Below are positions 1-14,237 of a DNA stretch of 64,000 nucleotides, one piece after another (positions within the stretch are counted from its first letter, which is position 1; each line of letters opens with the position of its first letter). The translations under genes were made by a program, and so were the position numbers. The stretch is taken from positions 32,860,001-32,924,000 of the forward strand of contig OX597819.1 in the NCBI GenBank assembly GCA_951406725.2. The letters run 5' to 3'. The notes below the pieces were generated by a model. It was not told the DNA's origin and did no database searches. It saw nothing but the letters and a program-made list of their open reading frames with translations. The stretch is from Octopus vulgaris. Lineage: Eukaryota.

Positions 1-8
1 TCCAAATA

Positions 9-71
<63 letters not shown>

Positions 72-75
<4 letters not shown>

Positions 76-234
76 TCATTCAACGCTCGAAAAAGAGGGG
101 TAGATGGACAGCCGACAACTGATGAAGGGTCGTTCTAATGTTACTTGTCCTGTTTTCTATTTGTTTCGTTGCTTGTGAACTGAACTCATTTGCTTTCGTT
201 TTTCATGTTGTTTACGGTTTGTGACGTCCTGTAC

Positions 235-237
<3 letters not shown>
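72..237. mobile_element. Short TA-flanked repeat relic, possibly a Penelope-like pLTR fragment
   Basis: ~165-bp island between two (TA)n tracts; contains CTGATGA (119-125) and T-rich tracts like the other TA-embedded islands; no complete ribozyme seen. Confidence 0.35.
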
Positions 238-281
<44 letters not shown>

Positions 282-343
282 TGTGTGTATGTATGTAAGT
301 ATATATATATTTATATATAATATATATATAGATATATACACTA

Positions 344-390
<47 letters not shown>

Positions 391-410
391 AATATGCATG
401 TATATATATT

Positions 411-838
411 CTTTTACTTGTTTCAGTCATTTGACTGCAGCCATGCTGGAGTACCGCCTTAGAGAGTTTTTAGTCAAAGAAATCGCCCCCAGGACTTATT
501 CTTTGTAAGCCTAGTACCTATTCTGTCGGTTTCTTTTGCAGAACCGCTAGGTTACTCTGACATAAACTCACCAGTATCGGTTGTCATAGGATGGAAGGAA
601 GACAAACGCACATAAACAAACAAACAGACACACGCACACACACACACACGTATGCAAGCGCGCACACACACATGTATATATGACGAGCTTCTCTCAGTTT
701 GTGTCTGCCAAATCCACAAACAAAGCTTTGGTCGTCCCAAAGCTATAGTAGAAGACGCCCAATGTGCCATGCAGTGGGACTGAACCCGGAACTATATGGT
801 TGGGAAGCGAGTTTCTTACCACACAGTTATATACGTCT
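411..838 (-). mobile_element. tRNA-derived SINE family A (internal microsatellite)
   Basis: Reverse complement of the copies at 31654, 32277 and 38927, from the ctgtgtggtaag..ccgggttcagtccc head to the gactgaaacaagtaaaag tail. Confidence 0.9.
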
Positions 839-917
839 AAATATATACATAGGGATATATAGAGAAAAGCAAAAACTAAAAGTATTGAGAAGCTGTACAG
901 TCATGTATAAACTTATA

Positions 918-1438
918 CCGTAAATTTTCGAGTATTGTCCGCCATTGAGTAAAATACGCAGGGGATTTTTAGGGGGCTATACCTCTGAAAAGCCTAAACC
1001 TTGTGTATAAAACGCACTCCTTCTATAACTTGAGTCGTGCGTAATTAAGCCAGCACACCTAGTCGAACAAACACTTCCGCGCATGCGTAATACAATAATG
1101 GTGATGTTCTTAACTGTTATATGGGAATGTAAATATGTTTGCAAATTGTTTTTGTTACATGTTATTCTGTGTTCTGAATACTTTTATTTTAATAAATGTT
1201 GCTTACTGCAAGTTACAGATGATTCTTTTATGACTTCATTGCTTTCAGGCTTAGCTTAAGGTATTTTCGCGCCCGACATCACAAAACGCGTCTGAATAAA
1301 CATTGCCGGACAGCAAATAGAGACTTGGACATTGCTTAGAAAATATTTTTTATTTTTAATTTCGTATATAGTACGCACTAGGGATTTTGACCTTTAAATA
1401 TTGGGAAAAAAATGCAGATTATACTCGAGGATTTGCGG
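918..1438. mobile_element. Non-autonomous Tc1/mariner-superfamily (Tc2/pogo-like) MITE
   Basis: TIRs ccgtaaattttcgagtat / atactcgaggatttgcgg, flanked by TA on both sides. Confidence 0.75.
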
Positions 1439-1439
1439 T

Positions 1440-1493
<54 letters not shown>

Positions 1494-1620
1494 AGGTCCC
1501 GGGTTGAGTCGGGGTTAACCACAGTAAATAAGGTACTCAATACATAGCAGAGTAAATTAATTTATTATATAGAAGGAGCTTCTACAGGACTAGAACTGTT
1601 TCATTCAAAAGAAATCATCA

Positions 1621-1675
1621 GGAGCTTCTTGATGATTTCTTTTGAATGAAACAGCTCTAGTCCTGTAGAAGCTCC
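1621..1675 (+). ncRNA. Type I hammerhead ribozyme (C3U variant) inside a palindromic Penelope-like relic
   Basis: Stem I ggagcttc/gaagctcc (8 bp); core TTGATGA; stem II ttc-tttt-gaa; GAAA; stem III cag/ctg; GUA cleavage triplet (cut after 1667). The mirrored arm on the - strand has canonical CTGATGA. Confidence 0.7.
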
Positions 1676-1684
1676 TTCTATATA

Positions 1685-1733
<49 letters not shown>

Positions 1734-1794
1734 CTGAATAGATTTACATGAAACGCAAAGAAGAGGAAACTAAGGGGACACCAATCTCTCCACC

Positions 1795-1930
1795 CTGAAG
1801 ACAGATCCTAGATTTACAGTAAAATTCATATGCATCCACTACTAGCTGCATATTCTTGACTTTCTGCAACACTGTTTCTGCCAATCTCGCAACTTTATTT
1901 ACAAGTGCCCAGAAACAGCTGTCGGATCTC
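1795..1930 (+). ncRNA. Degenerate hammerhead-like motif (Penelope-like relic)
   Basis: CTGAAGA at 1795 and GAAAC-AGCT-GTC at 1912-1923 (palindromic ACAGCTGT helix III); stem II is long and poorly paired. Confidence 0.35.
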
Positions 1931-2294
1931 AGATAACATGCCCTCTCCCATTAATTATCTATATCTTTTGTATTCCATGTAAATATTTGAATATCTACAT
2001 ATCTATACGTGAATGTTCATCTTCTGAATATTTTTTTCTCTATATATTTACCATTATATATATTTACATGCATATATGTATGCATATTGAATATATATGT
2101 AGCCCAAGTGTGTTTATTTTTTTTATTTGCATCATTATCTCCATATCACCTGACATGAACTCCACTACAGACACTCTTTACCCCGCGGACTTTGTCCTTG
2201 ACAAAGATTTATGCGTGTAAGTTCAAATCATTTTAGCAATACTGTTTTCTATACTGAGCATCACTGATCTCATCTTTTGACTCTTTGTCTCTGA

Positions 2295-2330
<36 letters not shown>

Positions 2331-2393
2331 GTCTCTGTCTGTTTGCCTGTCTGTCTCTCTCACTCCCCCTCTCTCTCTCTCTCGCTCTCTCTT

Positions 2394-2446
<53 letters not shown>

Positions 2447-3385
2447 ATATCTATATATATATATATATATATGCATACATAAATACATACATACTTATAT
2501 AAATACATATAATATTCATGCATACACATGACTATTATATGAATTCATATATATATATTATATATATATATATATATATGTCTTTTGTCTTCTGTAAATT
2601 TGAACTATGTATATATATATATATATATATATTTTCGTTATCTTTCACTTTCCTTCCGTTAAGTGTAATGTTATTTCTCCTTGGAAACATCTTTTCTGTG
2701 GCTATACTTGTAACGGAGCAAATTTTAGCACTAGAGCTATCCACATAGTGGTAACACTCTCATAATTTATGGATAAATTTGTATTATCTCCCTAGTTTTA
2801 TGTGCTAAGCCACTTGGTGTTAAATTGATGGTATTATTAAATTAATATCAAATTTTCACCCTCATTTATAAACATATACATATATATATATATGACTGAA
2901 ACAAGTAAAAGAGTAAGATATATATATATATATATATATATATAACACAAATCATACATACCAATGTTCATGATTTAATGAAATTATCTTCATTTCTACA
3001 GATGTGCAACCAAGACGGGGAAATTCACTTCCACAGAATGCAAAAAAAAAAAAAAAATAGACGAGGAAATTATTTCAAGAATCAAGAATTGTCTAGGATT
3101 GGTATGACATTAAAGGAAAACAGTCCGATTGTCTGGTGCAAGAGAAAGCTGTGGGCAATCTAAACATTTAGCATTTTCTATCAGTTGAAAGACTAACATT
3201 TCGTCTGTTAATCTCGTTTGAAAGACTTGCTCATTGCTATCATTGTAAAGGAAACTGAACAGGGACAGAGTTCTTGTGCAATTCCAATGAAACTGTTCCA
3301 GATGAGACACTAGCGAGATTCGTGATTTTTATGCGCCGCTACATCCTACAGTTAATACACACACAGGCAAACGCACACACAGACA

Positions 3386-3577
<192 letters not shown>

Positions 3578-4023
3578 GGTATGAGTATATGCATCCGTAC
3601 TGTTAGTGTGTTTGCAATAGCGGTTGTATAATTGGTTGATTAAGTTGATTTATCGATCTATAGTGGCCACACAAGGTTAATATCTTTGCGTGCATGACTG
3701 CTGAGCTAAATGTGTGTCTTCAATGGAATATGAGTGTGTTCAAAGTTCAAAGCCAGTCGTTGTTTGAAGCTGTGTAGCTCGATCTATAAATATTGTTGTC
3801 TCTTTAGACAGACGTATAGACAGGGAATGAGTGAGACAGAGACAAAGAGAGAGGAAGAGAGAGAAAGAGAGAGAGAGAGAGAGAAGCGAAGAGAGACGGA
3901 GTGAATCGGAAAGAGACGGAAAGAGATGGAGAGGGACGAAAGAAACGGTGCTGTGGGGGGAAATAAGGAATACAAAATGTAACTATCTGTATATTTTAAT
4001 ATTTGTATTTTGTGTGTGTGAAA

Positions 4024-4320
4024 TGTGTGTACGTGTGTGTGTGTGTATGTATGTGTGTTATGAGTGTGTTAGCGTGTGTGTACGTTTGTGTACGTATGTG
4101 TGTACGTATGTGGATGTGTACGTGTGTGTGTATGTATGTGTGTTATGAGTGTGTTAGCGTGTGTGTACGTTTGTGTACGTATGTGTGTACGTATGTGGAT
4201 GTGTACGTATGTGGATGTGTACGTGTGTGTGTATGTATGTGTGTTATGAGTGTGTTAGCGTGTGTGTACGTTTGTGTACGTATGTGGATGTGTACGTGTG
4301 TGTGTGTGTATGTGTGTGGG
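4024..4320. repeat. Higher-order minisatellite (~85-100 bp unit, about 3 copies) built from GT-rich microsatellite
   Basis: gtgttatgagtgtgttagcgtgtgtgtacgtttgtgtacgtatgtg recurs three times. Confidence 0.85.
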
Positions 4321-4670
4321 CTCATGTGTGTGTGTGTTGTGTTATGTGTCTATAGGTGTTGATTTGAAAATGAGACACAGATATATAAGGGGAACAAAAC
4401 GAAGTAAAAAGAAACTTAGAAAGCAACAGGCAGAAAAAAAATTTTAAAAAAAAGAAGGATAAAATGAAAGAGAGAAAAGGAGAAAAAGATAACAGATGAA
4501 AATAGAGAGATAATATAATGAGACGAAATGAAATTGTGTGTATGACGGAGAGAGAGAGAGACAGACAGACAGGCAGAGAAATACAAGCGAGATATCATTG
4601 AGAGATGTGCGACAAGAGAAATAAAGAGGCAAAGATAATAGAAATGACAGAAAAGATTAGAGAGACAGAA

Positions 4671-4712
<42 letters not shown>

Positions 4713-5066
4713 TGGGAAGGGAGTGGTAAGAGTTATAGGCGAGAAGTAGAGACGTCATACTTTAAAGGCTTTAGAAGTCGTCGTTCTTTGATATATTTTA
4801 CTGTCCAATTCTAAGTTTACATGTCTCCTGGTAGCAACAACATTTACTGTTTCACTTCCCGCACTTCACACTCCATTTTGTATCAAGTAAAAGTTAATGA
4901 TATTTTATACTCGCTTTTAAATATGGCGTATTTGTGTGAAATTATCAGTGAAAATACGCACACAAATGCACATTTACACACGCACACACACACACATATA
5001 TACACAAACACCCATACTGACGTACATACACTTACGTATACACACACACACACGTAGATATGTAAC

Positions 5067-5139
<73 letters not shown>

Positions 5140-5416
5140 TATGTATGTGTGTGTATAAGGTTTATTCAATCACTGGTTGTATACGCGCTTAGTTAAAAAT
5201 TGTCTTAACATGAAATTTGTGATAAATTTGAGTCATCCCATCCGTTGGTATTCTTAAACTACCTTTAAAACAGATCATCACAAATCAATACACGCACGCG
5301 CATGCGCATACACACAAACACACACATATATACACACATACTCAAACAAATAGTTTCATGTGCAAGCTGTTTCGTTGATCGAATGAACTGGAACGTACGG
5401 CATCGTGACCGACGGT

Positions 5417-5980
5417 GTTGCCGTGGCTGTGTGGTATAATAAGCTTGCTTCTCAACCATCATATGATTCCGGGTTCAGTCCCAGAGCGTGGCAACCTTTG
5501 GCAAGATGTCTGCTACTAAAGCCTTGGGGTGGGGGTGAGGGGTGGGGGGCGACCAAAGTTTTGCAAATGGATTTGGTTGACGGAAACTGAAAGAAGCCCG
5601 TCGTGTGTATGTGTATGTGTGTGTGTTCGTGTGTGTGTATGTGTGTGTGTATGTGTGTGTGTGTGTTCGTGTCTGTGTATGTGTGTGTGTATGTATGTGT
5701 GTGTGTATGTGGGTGTGTATGTGTGTGTGTATGTGTGTGTGCGTGTGTGCCTCTCTGCATGGCTGGTTGTCTTTGTTGCGTCTGTGTTTGTCTCGTACCA
5801 CACCGTTTGACAACCGGTGTTTGTGTGCTTACGTCTTCGTAATTCAATAATTCGGCTCCGGCAAGAACGAACAATAAATAAGTACTAGATTTCAATGAAA
5901 ATAAAATGTGAAGCTAAAAATTCTTCGAAACAGTGCCCCAACATGGCTACAATCTAATAACTGAAACAAGCTATAAAGAG
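5417..5980 (+). mobile_element. SINE family A, diverged copy
   Basis: gtggctgtgtggta..ccgggttcagtccc head, (GT)n middle, actgaaacaag tail. Confidence 0.85.
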
Positions 5981-6239
5981 AAGAGACAAAAGATATAATA
6001 TATCGCATTCATCAATGCAGAAAGAGCGTGTCTTCTTGTCACTGCCGCATCGTCTAATCTCGTGGATCGCTTTGTCATTGCACTGTTGATCCTTGAGATG
6101 GTGAAGCAGTTACGGAATATAAAAATAGCTGCAAGGAAGTAATGATACGAATATTTCTTTGAGATTACTGAATGGAGGAAACTGAATTGAGTCGTTTAGG
6201 TTACTTGTGTTTTGAGTGAAGCATTGAGGCAATAACAGT

Positions 6240-6985
<746 letters not shown>

Positions 6986-7348
6986 GGCAGATGGATACAT
7001 ACATATATATTTAGAAAGATAGACAGACAGGCAGGCAGACAGAGAGAAAGACGGACACACAGGACAGACAAACGAGCGGGCGGAAGGGAATGATAAATGC
7101 ATAGACAGACAGACAGATGGCTAGCTGGATGGATTCTTTTTATTGTAAAGAATGTAACAGTTTAAAAATTTAACAGAGAATAACGAATTTTTTTAAAGCT
7201 TTTTAAAGAGAAGTTTGATGAATGGAAATTCACAATTTTCCTTCCATTTTGTAATATACTTCTTTTTAAAAGAAACTAAATGGTAGATTAAGTGAACTGA
7301 ACGTTTTTAACCATCGTGTTTAGAAATATATATGAATGGTTTCGTGTG

Positions 7349-7379
<31 letters not shown>

Positions 7380-7413
7380 GCGCATATATCTACATACATG
7401 CATTTCAGCACAA

Positions 7414-7474
<61 letters not shown>

Positions 7475-7539
7475 CATACATACATACATACATACATACA
7501 TACATACATACATACATACATACATACGTACGTACATAC

Positions 7540-8130
7540 CAAAGACATCACCCACATCATACGCAGTTGTCCGAAAAAAACATCACCGTATTATCTAGCG
7601 ATGAAGCATGTTGTTGCTAGAACACTGTATAATGAGATCTGTTGGAATGATAACCCCGATGCCAAAGAATTAAGAACCTACAGTAATAAAAGGGAGAACT
7701 GGTGGAATATCCCAATGAAAACCTCAATAAAATGCAAGCATAATAGACCTGATATAGTAATTTGAGATAGGGAAGAAAAACTATGTACTACTGTGGAGAC
7801 CGTGTGCCCAGCTAAAAAGTAAATTCTGATGTTGTTCTATTGAGGAATCTACCGCTACTCTATCCAGATTGCAAGTTCAGATTTATATTTGTGATTGTTA
7901 GGACACTGAGATATGTAACACATCCTAAATACCAATCTTGAGAAATTAGGTTTTTCAAAACCAGAAAGGAGAAAATTGATTCGAAGACTACAGATCCAGC
8001 CTATCGCTGGAACTGTAAAGATATGTATAACTGTCCAGAAGTTTGTCGTTTAAGTATATATGAACAAGTCTGGACATGCAACTATATGCATGAGCATGCA
8101 TATATGAAGCAAGGCATCCAAATCTGCACA
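7540..8130 (+). pseudogene. Dong/R4-clade LINE 3' fragment (restriction-like endonuclease)
   Basis: Translation [37 protein letters not shown] (CCHC remnant plus RPD motif); stops present; flanked by (ACAT)n. Confidence 0.75.
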
Positions 8131-8262
8131 TATACCTATCTACCTACCTACCTACATACATACATACATACCTACCTACCTTCATACCTACCTACCTATA
8201 TACATACATACATACATACATACATACATACATACATACATACATACATACATACATACATA

Positions 8263-8573
8263 CATGGTGGCTGCCCCATCGTTATCGAATATGGCCATAG
8301 CGCAAAGCTTAATTAATGTTGTTATCGTGCAATGCTTGTGCAAGAAGATTTTTTTTAAAGTGAGGAAAGGCTGTGCACTGAGTCAATCCCACTCACTAAG
8401 CAACAGCAGCCATAATCCGAAAAGAAGAACAAGTCAACATCATCGGTAACCACTGAGCTGCAGGTTTTATGTCGGAGTTATCCCAGTTACCCGAGTTACC
8501 TTCTTCTAGAAGGATGCCCTAACAAAGGCTAGGAGTCCTTCACACCCAATGGTTTAACCGCGCGATCGGGTAT
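8263..8573 (-). mobile_element. Non-autonomous RTE-derived short element, 5'-truncated
   Basis: Highly similar to the reverse complement of 24700-25008; (ATGT)n tail. Confidence 0.8.
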
Positions 8574-9089
8574 TATTGCTTTTGGAACTTGAAAGTTCCA
8601 ATTTTCAAAAGTGTTAGATTTGTAAGTTAACGGAATGCTTTTAAGGATCGTATCGAGAAATGCATTCTTGTTTATTTGTGTGTATATACTTTTACATACT
8701 GAAAGAGATAGAGAAAGAAAGAGAGGATATTGTCATATTCGCAGAGCTGCATCTACGCATACATGTGTATTCGTGAATACATGTACAGAGAAAGAGACAG
8801 AGAGAGAGACACTGACAGACTGATCGACTGACACACGTTGTAATAAGTACTTTTTTAAAAAGGTCAATTATTTCATTTTCAAAAGACGAAGTTAATTTTT
8901 TGTTTTCATATATAACATATAAACATGTATATCTTTTAGAAGATAGTCATTTTATAAGATTTTGCCGGTAAATTTCTTAATTAAAATTAATATTTATTTA
9001 CATGAAAGAAAATTACCGGGGAACTTTCATTTATTTTTTCGAAATCTTTCTGTTAAAACTGAATTGAAACCATTTGTTGGGAATTTTTT

Positions 9090-10765
9090 TTCTTTTATCA
9101 GAACTGGTCATACACCACAAGGCTTAACAGAACCTACTGAAGCAAGTCAGTACTCTCGCAGCATTACCATGGACTCAGGCGTTGGGAAAGCCAAGTGCCC
9201 TTACTGGCATCACCTGACACCTCGGTGAGGCAAAGCTGACAACATTGACAAGAACTTCGCGGTTATTGATCCAGTCCCTCCGAACATTTCAGACGCCTCA
9301 GGCTGGAAGAGATAGTTCGCTGTCAGGTCCGGATACTTCAAGGTTTTCTTCCGTTTGGCTACAGAAGCAGTGACCCTCCCATTAACTGCAGCATCCAGAA
9401 TGTGGGGAGGAACAAAAGAGTCACAGACTGTGACGTCCCAAATGAGGCACCTACCTCTAACCCAGAGACAGAGGGTAATACCATCTTGTCTCTTTCCATC
9501 ATTTCTGGATAACCCCCCAACGGATCCAGAACTGAGGGGATATTAAGCCAGGGCGCGCTCAGTAATTAGGTTTAATTTGGTGTTACGAGTGAAGCGATCA
9601 GCATTTTAGGCGGCAATACAGGCCCTGTGAAGAATCGTGGGGTCAATGGGGCCTACCACAGCGGCATCTCAGTACCCTACAAACATAAGCTCCATTTTGA
9701 GAGCCATGGAGATGTGGAGTTCATCTAGACTGAGCAGACCTCCAATGTTGGCCACAGGCAGCGCATAAATCCAGTCCCCTGAGAATTTTGCACTAGCTGA
9801 AAGTAGACGGCATCTCGGAAATTGATCAGATTGATCAAATAGAGGGTTGGAAATAGCACCTACTCTCTATTTCCGTTTATCCTCCACTGTAACCGGAACT
9901 GACAAGCCCAGCTCTCTCTACAGTGATACAGCTTCATCCAACTCCCTGTTGGAATTAGTCCACGATGGAGAGGAGAGGATGTTGTCTACCAAATAGGAGC
10001 AAGTGTGAATGGAGGAAAGAAAACAGGGAAGAGATAAAGACGAGCACTTGCATAGACCTAAACTCCCAAACTGTTTGGGCAAAGCAGCTTTGTCGCGGTG
10101 TTTTGGGAAGAGTTTGACATTAACCAAGCATTCGAGTTTCCTGAAGGTCGTCAAAGTATTGAAGGGACGACAGGAATATGTAAGAGGGACTAACTCTCAG
10201 AAAATACAATATATTAGGAATTGACAAGTAATTCCTAAGAATATAAAAAAACTTGGTGGGGCGCAATTCAAGGTTTTTTAAAAGTTGTTCGATATTAGCC
10301 AATTTGGATCTAAAAATGAACTCGAAAGCTAGGTCAGTAATTGGGGCTCTAGGGGAGTACCACGCTAACAAAAGAAGAATCGCGATTGAGGGGAGTGAGC
10401 CAACAAATAGTTTAGTAGTCTGCTCATGCGATGGTTTGTGGTTGAGGTGCTAGAGCTCGCATTTGGAGCTGTTAACGCTAAGACATCTACGACCATGTTC
10501 CTCGGTCATTGTCCTTGCAATTGTAAGCACCTTGTCAGGAAGGCCTCCCAAACAGGGCAGGACCAAGTGGATCACCTTGTTGGATTCCAGAAGCAGATGG
10601 GATGAGGTGGTACTCAAACGAGAAGTAGGAGGACTCCCGATATGTTTGCCAACCAAAGTGATTAAGTGTGGGAAATTCTCCCTTACTGCGTGGAGGGTGA
10701 CGTCTCGTCTGATGGAGTTAAAAGCATTCTTAAGGTCAAAAGTGAAAGTTAAATGTCTATAACGA
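9090..10765 (-). pseudogene. CRE-clade non-LTR retrotransposon remnant (RT plus RLE)
   Basis: Minus-strand fragments LDLKNAFNSIRRD, IQQGDPLGPALF and SRNDGKRQDGITL..W.RGRCLIWDVTVCDSF; many frameshifts and stops. Confidence 0.75.
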
Positions 10766-10995
10766 TATTATTAAGGAATGTACATGTGTGTTTGTGTACT
10801 ACATATATACATACAGATAGAAAGAGAGGGAGGGACAGAGAGTGAGAGAGAGAAGAAAGCGCGGAGATGCAAATCAAGCCGAAAGTTAACCTACAGATTT
10901 CATAAACATTGTAATAATGATATGTGTGTGCGTGTGTGTCTGTATATAGATAGATAGATAGATGGACAGACAGATATTCGTGTATATAACGAGCG

Positions 10996-11047
<52 letters not shown>

Positions 11048-11050
<3 letters not shown>

Positions 11051-12430
11051 ATCATCATTCATCATTGTTCGACCGTGGTCGAGACAATGGAATTTACCAT
11101 GCTACGCCAGACTTCACGGTCCATCATGGCATTACGGAGGTCCTGTTGCTGGATGCCTGTATCCCTGGAGATTACATCAGGGTAGGAGAGTGTGCACCCT
11201 CTGGTATTGCGAGTAGATGGCTTCCAGAGGAGAAGAGTAGAAATTACCTCTTTTTCAGCTCTACAACAATGTCCAGCAAACTGGACTCTCTTACCTTTCA
11301 CAAGAGATGACACAGGTGGTAGTTTCCCATATATTTGCATTTTGGTTGGATGGCGCTTCCACGAGAGATTTTGAGCTCTCATAAGGAGGCGAGTGTAGGT
11401 TCCATCCAACCGCCTCTCAAGCTTCTTTGATAACGTCCAGGTTTCTGAGCCATATAGTAGAATTGGTTTGACTGTGACTTTGAAGATTTCAAGTTTGAAG
11501 TCTCTACTTAGATTTGATGACCAGATCTTATGCATGTCATTACAGGCTGACCAGGCCATACCCTTTCTAGTTAGAAAGTCTTTTCCAGATGATGATATGT
11601 ATGACCCAAGATATTTGTAATCAGAAACCATATTTAAGGGCGCATTGTTGAGAGTATGGATGATGCAATCACTGTTGGACAGGCATTTGTTTATGTATTC
11701 AGTCTTGGCCTCATTGAGGTAAAGACCTACACAATTTGAGGCTTGTTCAAGAGATTGTAAAAGAGACTGGGCATTGGAGAGAGAATCACTGATAAGAGCG
11801 ATATCGTCAGCAAAGTCAGTGTCTGTCAAGTACTCAGCTGGGTGTCTGGAACTTCTTCTTGGTTTTATTTCAAAGCCCTTGCCAGAGATGGTATCAACTG
11901 ACATACGTAGCACATAATCAACAACAATGATGAAAAGAAATGGGGCGAGTGTGTCTCCCTGCAGTATTCCGGCTTTGATTGAGAAAGATGATGTTTCTCC
12001 GTCAGGGGTTAAAATGGTTGAAGACGTATCTGTGTAGAGGACCTTGATGGCAGAAAACATTTTGTCTGGTATCCCATAGAGCTTAAGGATTTTAAACATA
12101 TTGTACCCATCTACAGAATCAAACGCTTTAGAAAAGTCTACAAATACCATTGCAAGATCGCGATTAAATGCTTTTGATTCTTCAATAAGTCTGCGTAGGC
12201 ATAGTATCTGGCTCAGCGTTGAGCGCCCATGTCTGAATCCATTTTGGTTCTTTCGGAGCAAAGGTTCAACAAAAAGGACAAGACGATTTAGGATCAGTTT
12301 GTTGTACAGTTTTGCAGCAATTAACATTAGAGATATACCCCTGTAGTTGGTGACGAGGGATAAATCGCCTTTTTGGGGTATTGGGATGATTTGAGATTGG
12401 TGCCAAATCTTTTGCGCGACAAAGGTGGAA
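11048..12430 (-). mobile_element. 5'-truncated RTE-like LINE inserted in (TA)n
   Basis: RT frame reaches a natural C-terminus followed by a short (GAT)n-type tail; both ends abut TA microsatellite. Confidence 0.85.
11062..12327 (-). CDS. LINE reverse transcriptase (RTE-like), open 421-aa frame; frame continues upstream (IIPIPKKGDLS..NYRGISL)
   Basis: Motifs QNGFR, FVDFSKAFDSV, GILQGDTLAPFLF, DFADDIAL, YKYLGS, LLYGSETW. Confidence 0.9.
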   Translation of the reverse strand: MLIAAKLYNKLILNRLVLFVEPLLRKNQNGFRHGRSTLSQILCLRRLIEESKAFNRDLAMVFVDFSKAFDSVDGYNMFKILKLYGIPDKMFSAIKVLYTDTSSTILTPDGETSSFSIKAGILQGDTLAPFLFIIVVDYVLRMSVDTISGKGFEIKPRRSSRHPAEYLTDTDFADDIALISDSLSNAQSLLQSLEQASNCVGLYLNEAKTEYINKCLSNSDCIIHTLNNAPLNMVSDYKYLGSYISSSGKDFLTRKGMAWSACNDMHKIWSSNLSRDFKLEIFKVTVKPILLYGSETWTLSKKLERRLDGTYTRLLMRAQNLSWKRHPTKMQIYGKLPPVSSLVKGKRVQFAGHCCRAEKEVISTLLLWKPSTRNTRGCTLSYPDVISRDTGIQQQDLRNAMMDREVWRSMVNSIVSTTVEQ

Positions 12431-12584
12431 AGACATATATATGTATGTATGTATATATATGAGGAAAGAAAGCCACGAATGACCCGTCTTTTTTTGCCTG
12501 TCCCAAATGTTGCTTCTCCTGTCCACCTTTGTATCGTCTATCTGTCCGAATGCTTTATTGTCTTCTATTGCGTTTTTATTCCAT

Positions 12585-12693
<109 letters not shown>

Positions 12694-12848
12694 ACATACA
12701 TATATATATGCATGTATAAAGGGAGAGAGCGATACACATTTATATATATTTATATATTTATATATTATGAATTTATAAAATATATATATGTATACATTTA
12801 CATAATTCTGTGTGTGTGTGAGCGCGTGTGCGTGTGCATGTGTGTGTG

Positions 12849-12909
<61 letters not shown>

Positions 12910-13054
12910 TGTAAATGAAGTTTTGATCGAAACAGAACTTTCTTTTTAAAAAAACATATTCAGAAAACACTAAAATGTCCTTGAATTTTGCTTGAAAGTT
13001 GAATTTGCTTGAAAACTGAAAACTTGTCCAGGGACATGATGAATGTATTAGTAT

Positions 13055-14235
13055 CAGGGGCCAATTATATGTAACACAGTACTAATTAGTGCAAGAGACC
13101 AATTATATCACAAAGTGATAATAACTGGAAGAGATCAAATGTACGACCAACAAAATAATAATTGCGCGAGGCCAAATATATCGTCTACAAATAATTAATA
13201 TGAGAGACCATTTATATCACCCATTAATAATTAATGTGCGGGACCAAGCGTATCACATAAAAATAGTATGTGAGATCAAATATATATATCACAAAAACAA
13301 TTTGTATCAGAGACCAATTATATGACGCAACAATAATTCTTGTTAGTGACTAATTATATATCAGTCTAAACAATGATAAAGACGAATGATATCGCCTACA
13401 CATAATTAGTGTGAGAAACGAATTATATCTCACAGAAATAATTAGTGTGGGAAAACCTTGAATAACGGACAAAATATGTAGCATGTGGACGCATTTATGC
13501 ACAGATAATGAGAGTAGGAGACTATTATCCCACAAATAGTGTGAAAGACAATAGATATCACCCACAATTAATATGAAAGAACGATTAATATCACACAGAA
13601 ATAATTGATGTGAGAGTCCAATTATATCATCTACAAATAATTAATATGTGAGACCAATATCACTCATAAATAATTAATGTAAAATATCAAATGTATCACA
13701 CAGAACTTGTATGAGAGACCAAGTATATACATCACACACAAACTATTACTATGTAAGATCAATTATATCATGCACAAATAATTAGTGTGTGAAAAACATT
13801 ATATCACTATGACTAATTAGTGTGACAAAGCGATTATATCACACAGAAATAATAAGTATGAAAGACCAATGATATTATCCACAGATAATCTGTGTGAGAG
13901 AATGATTATATACCACAGCAAGGTATATAACAGCAAGGGACCAATTATATCATCACCGAATAATTAGTGCGAGAGACTTGTTACGTTATTTACACGTAGT
14001 TAGTGTGAGAGAACAATTATGACGCAGAAATAATAACTGTGAGAGACTAATTTTATCACCCACGAACAATTAGTGTCGGAGATCAAGTATATCACATACA
14101 CATGCTGTGGGAGACCAATTACAAATCACTCGCAGACAATTATTATGGGAAAGCAGTTATAGCACACAATTTACAGCATGAGAGCAATTATATAACATAG
14201 AAATAATTAGCATGAGACTGCACTTATATCACACA
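13055..14235. repeat. Degenerate AT-rich minisatellite, ~36-bp unit, roughly 30 copies
   Basis: Recurring gagaccaattatatcacacacaaataattagtgtga-like units with no unique spacers. Confidence 0.85.
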
Positions 14236-14237
14236 GG

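Noticed and set aside
13055-14235. CRISPR-like array of ~36-bp repeats
   Set aside because: Units are contiguous and degenerate, with no spacers or cas genes, in a eukaryotic context
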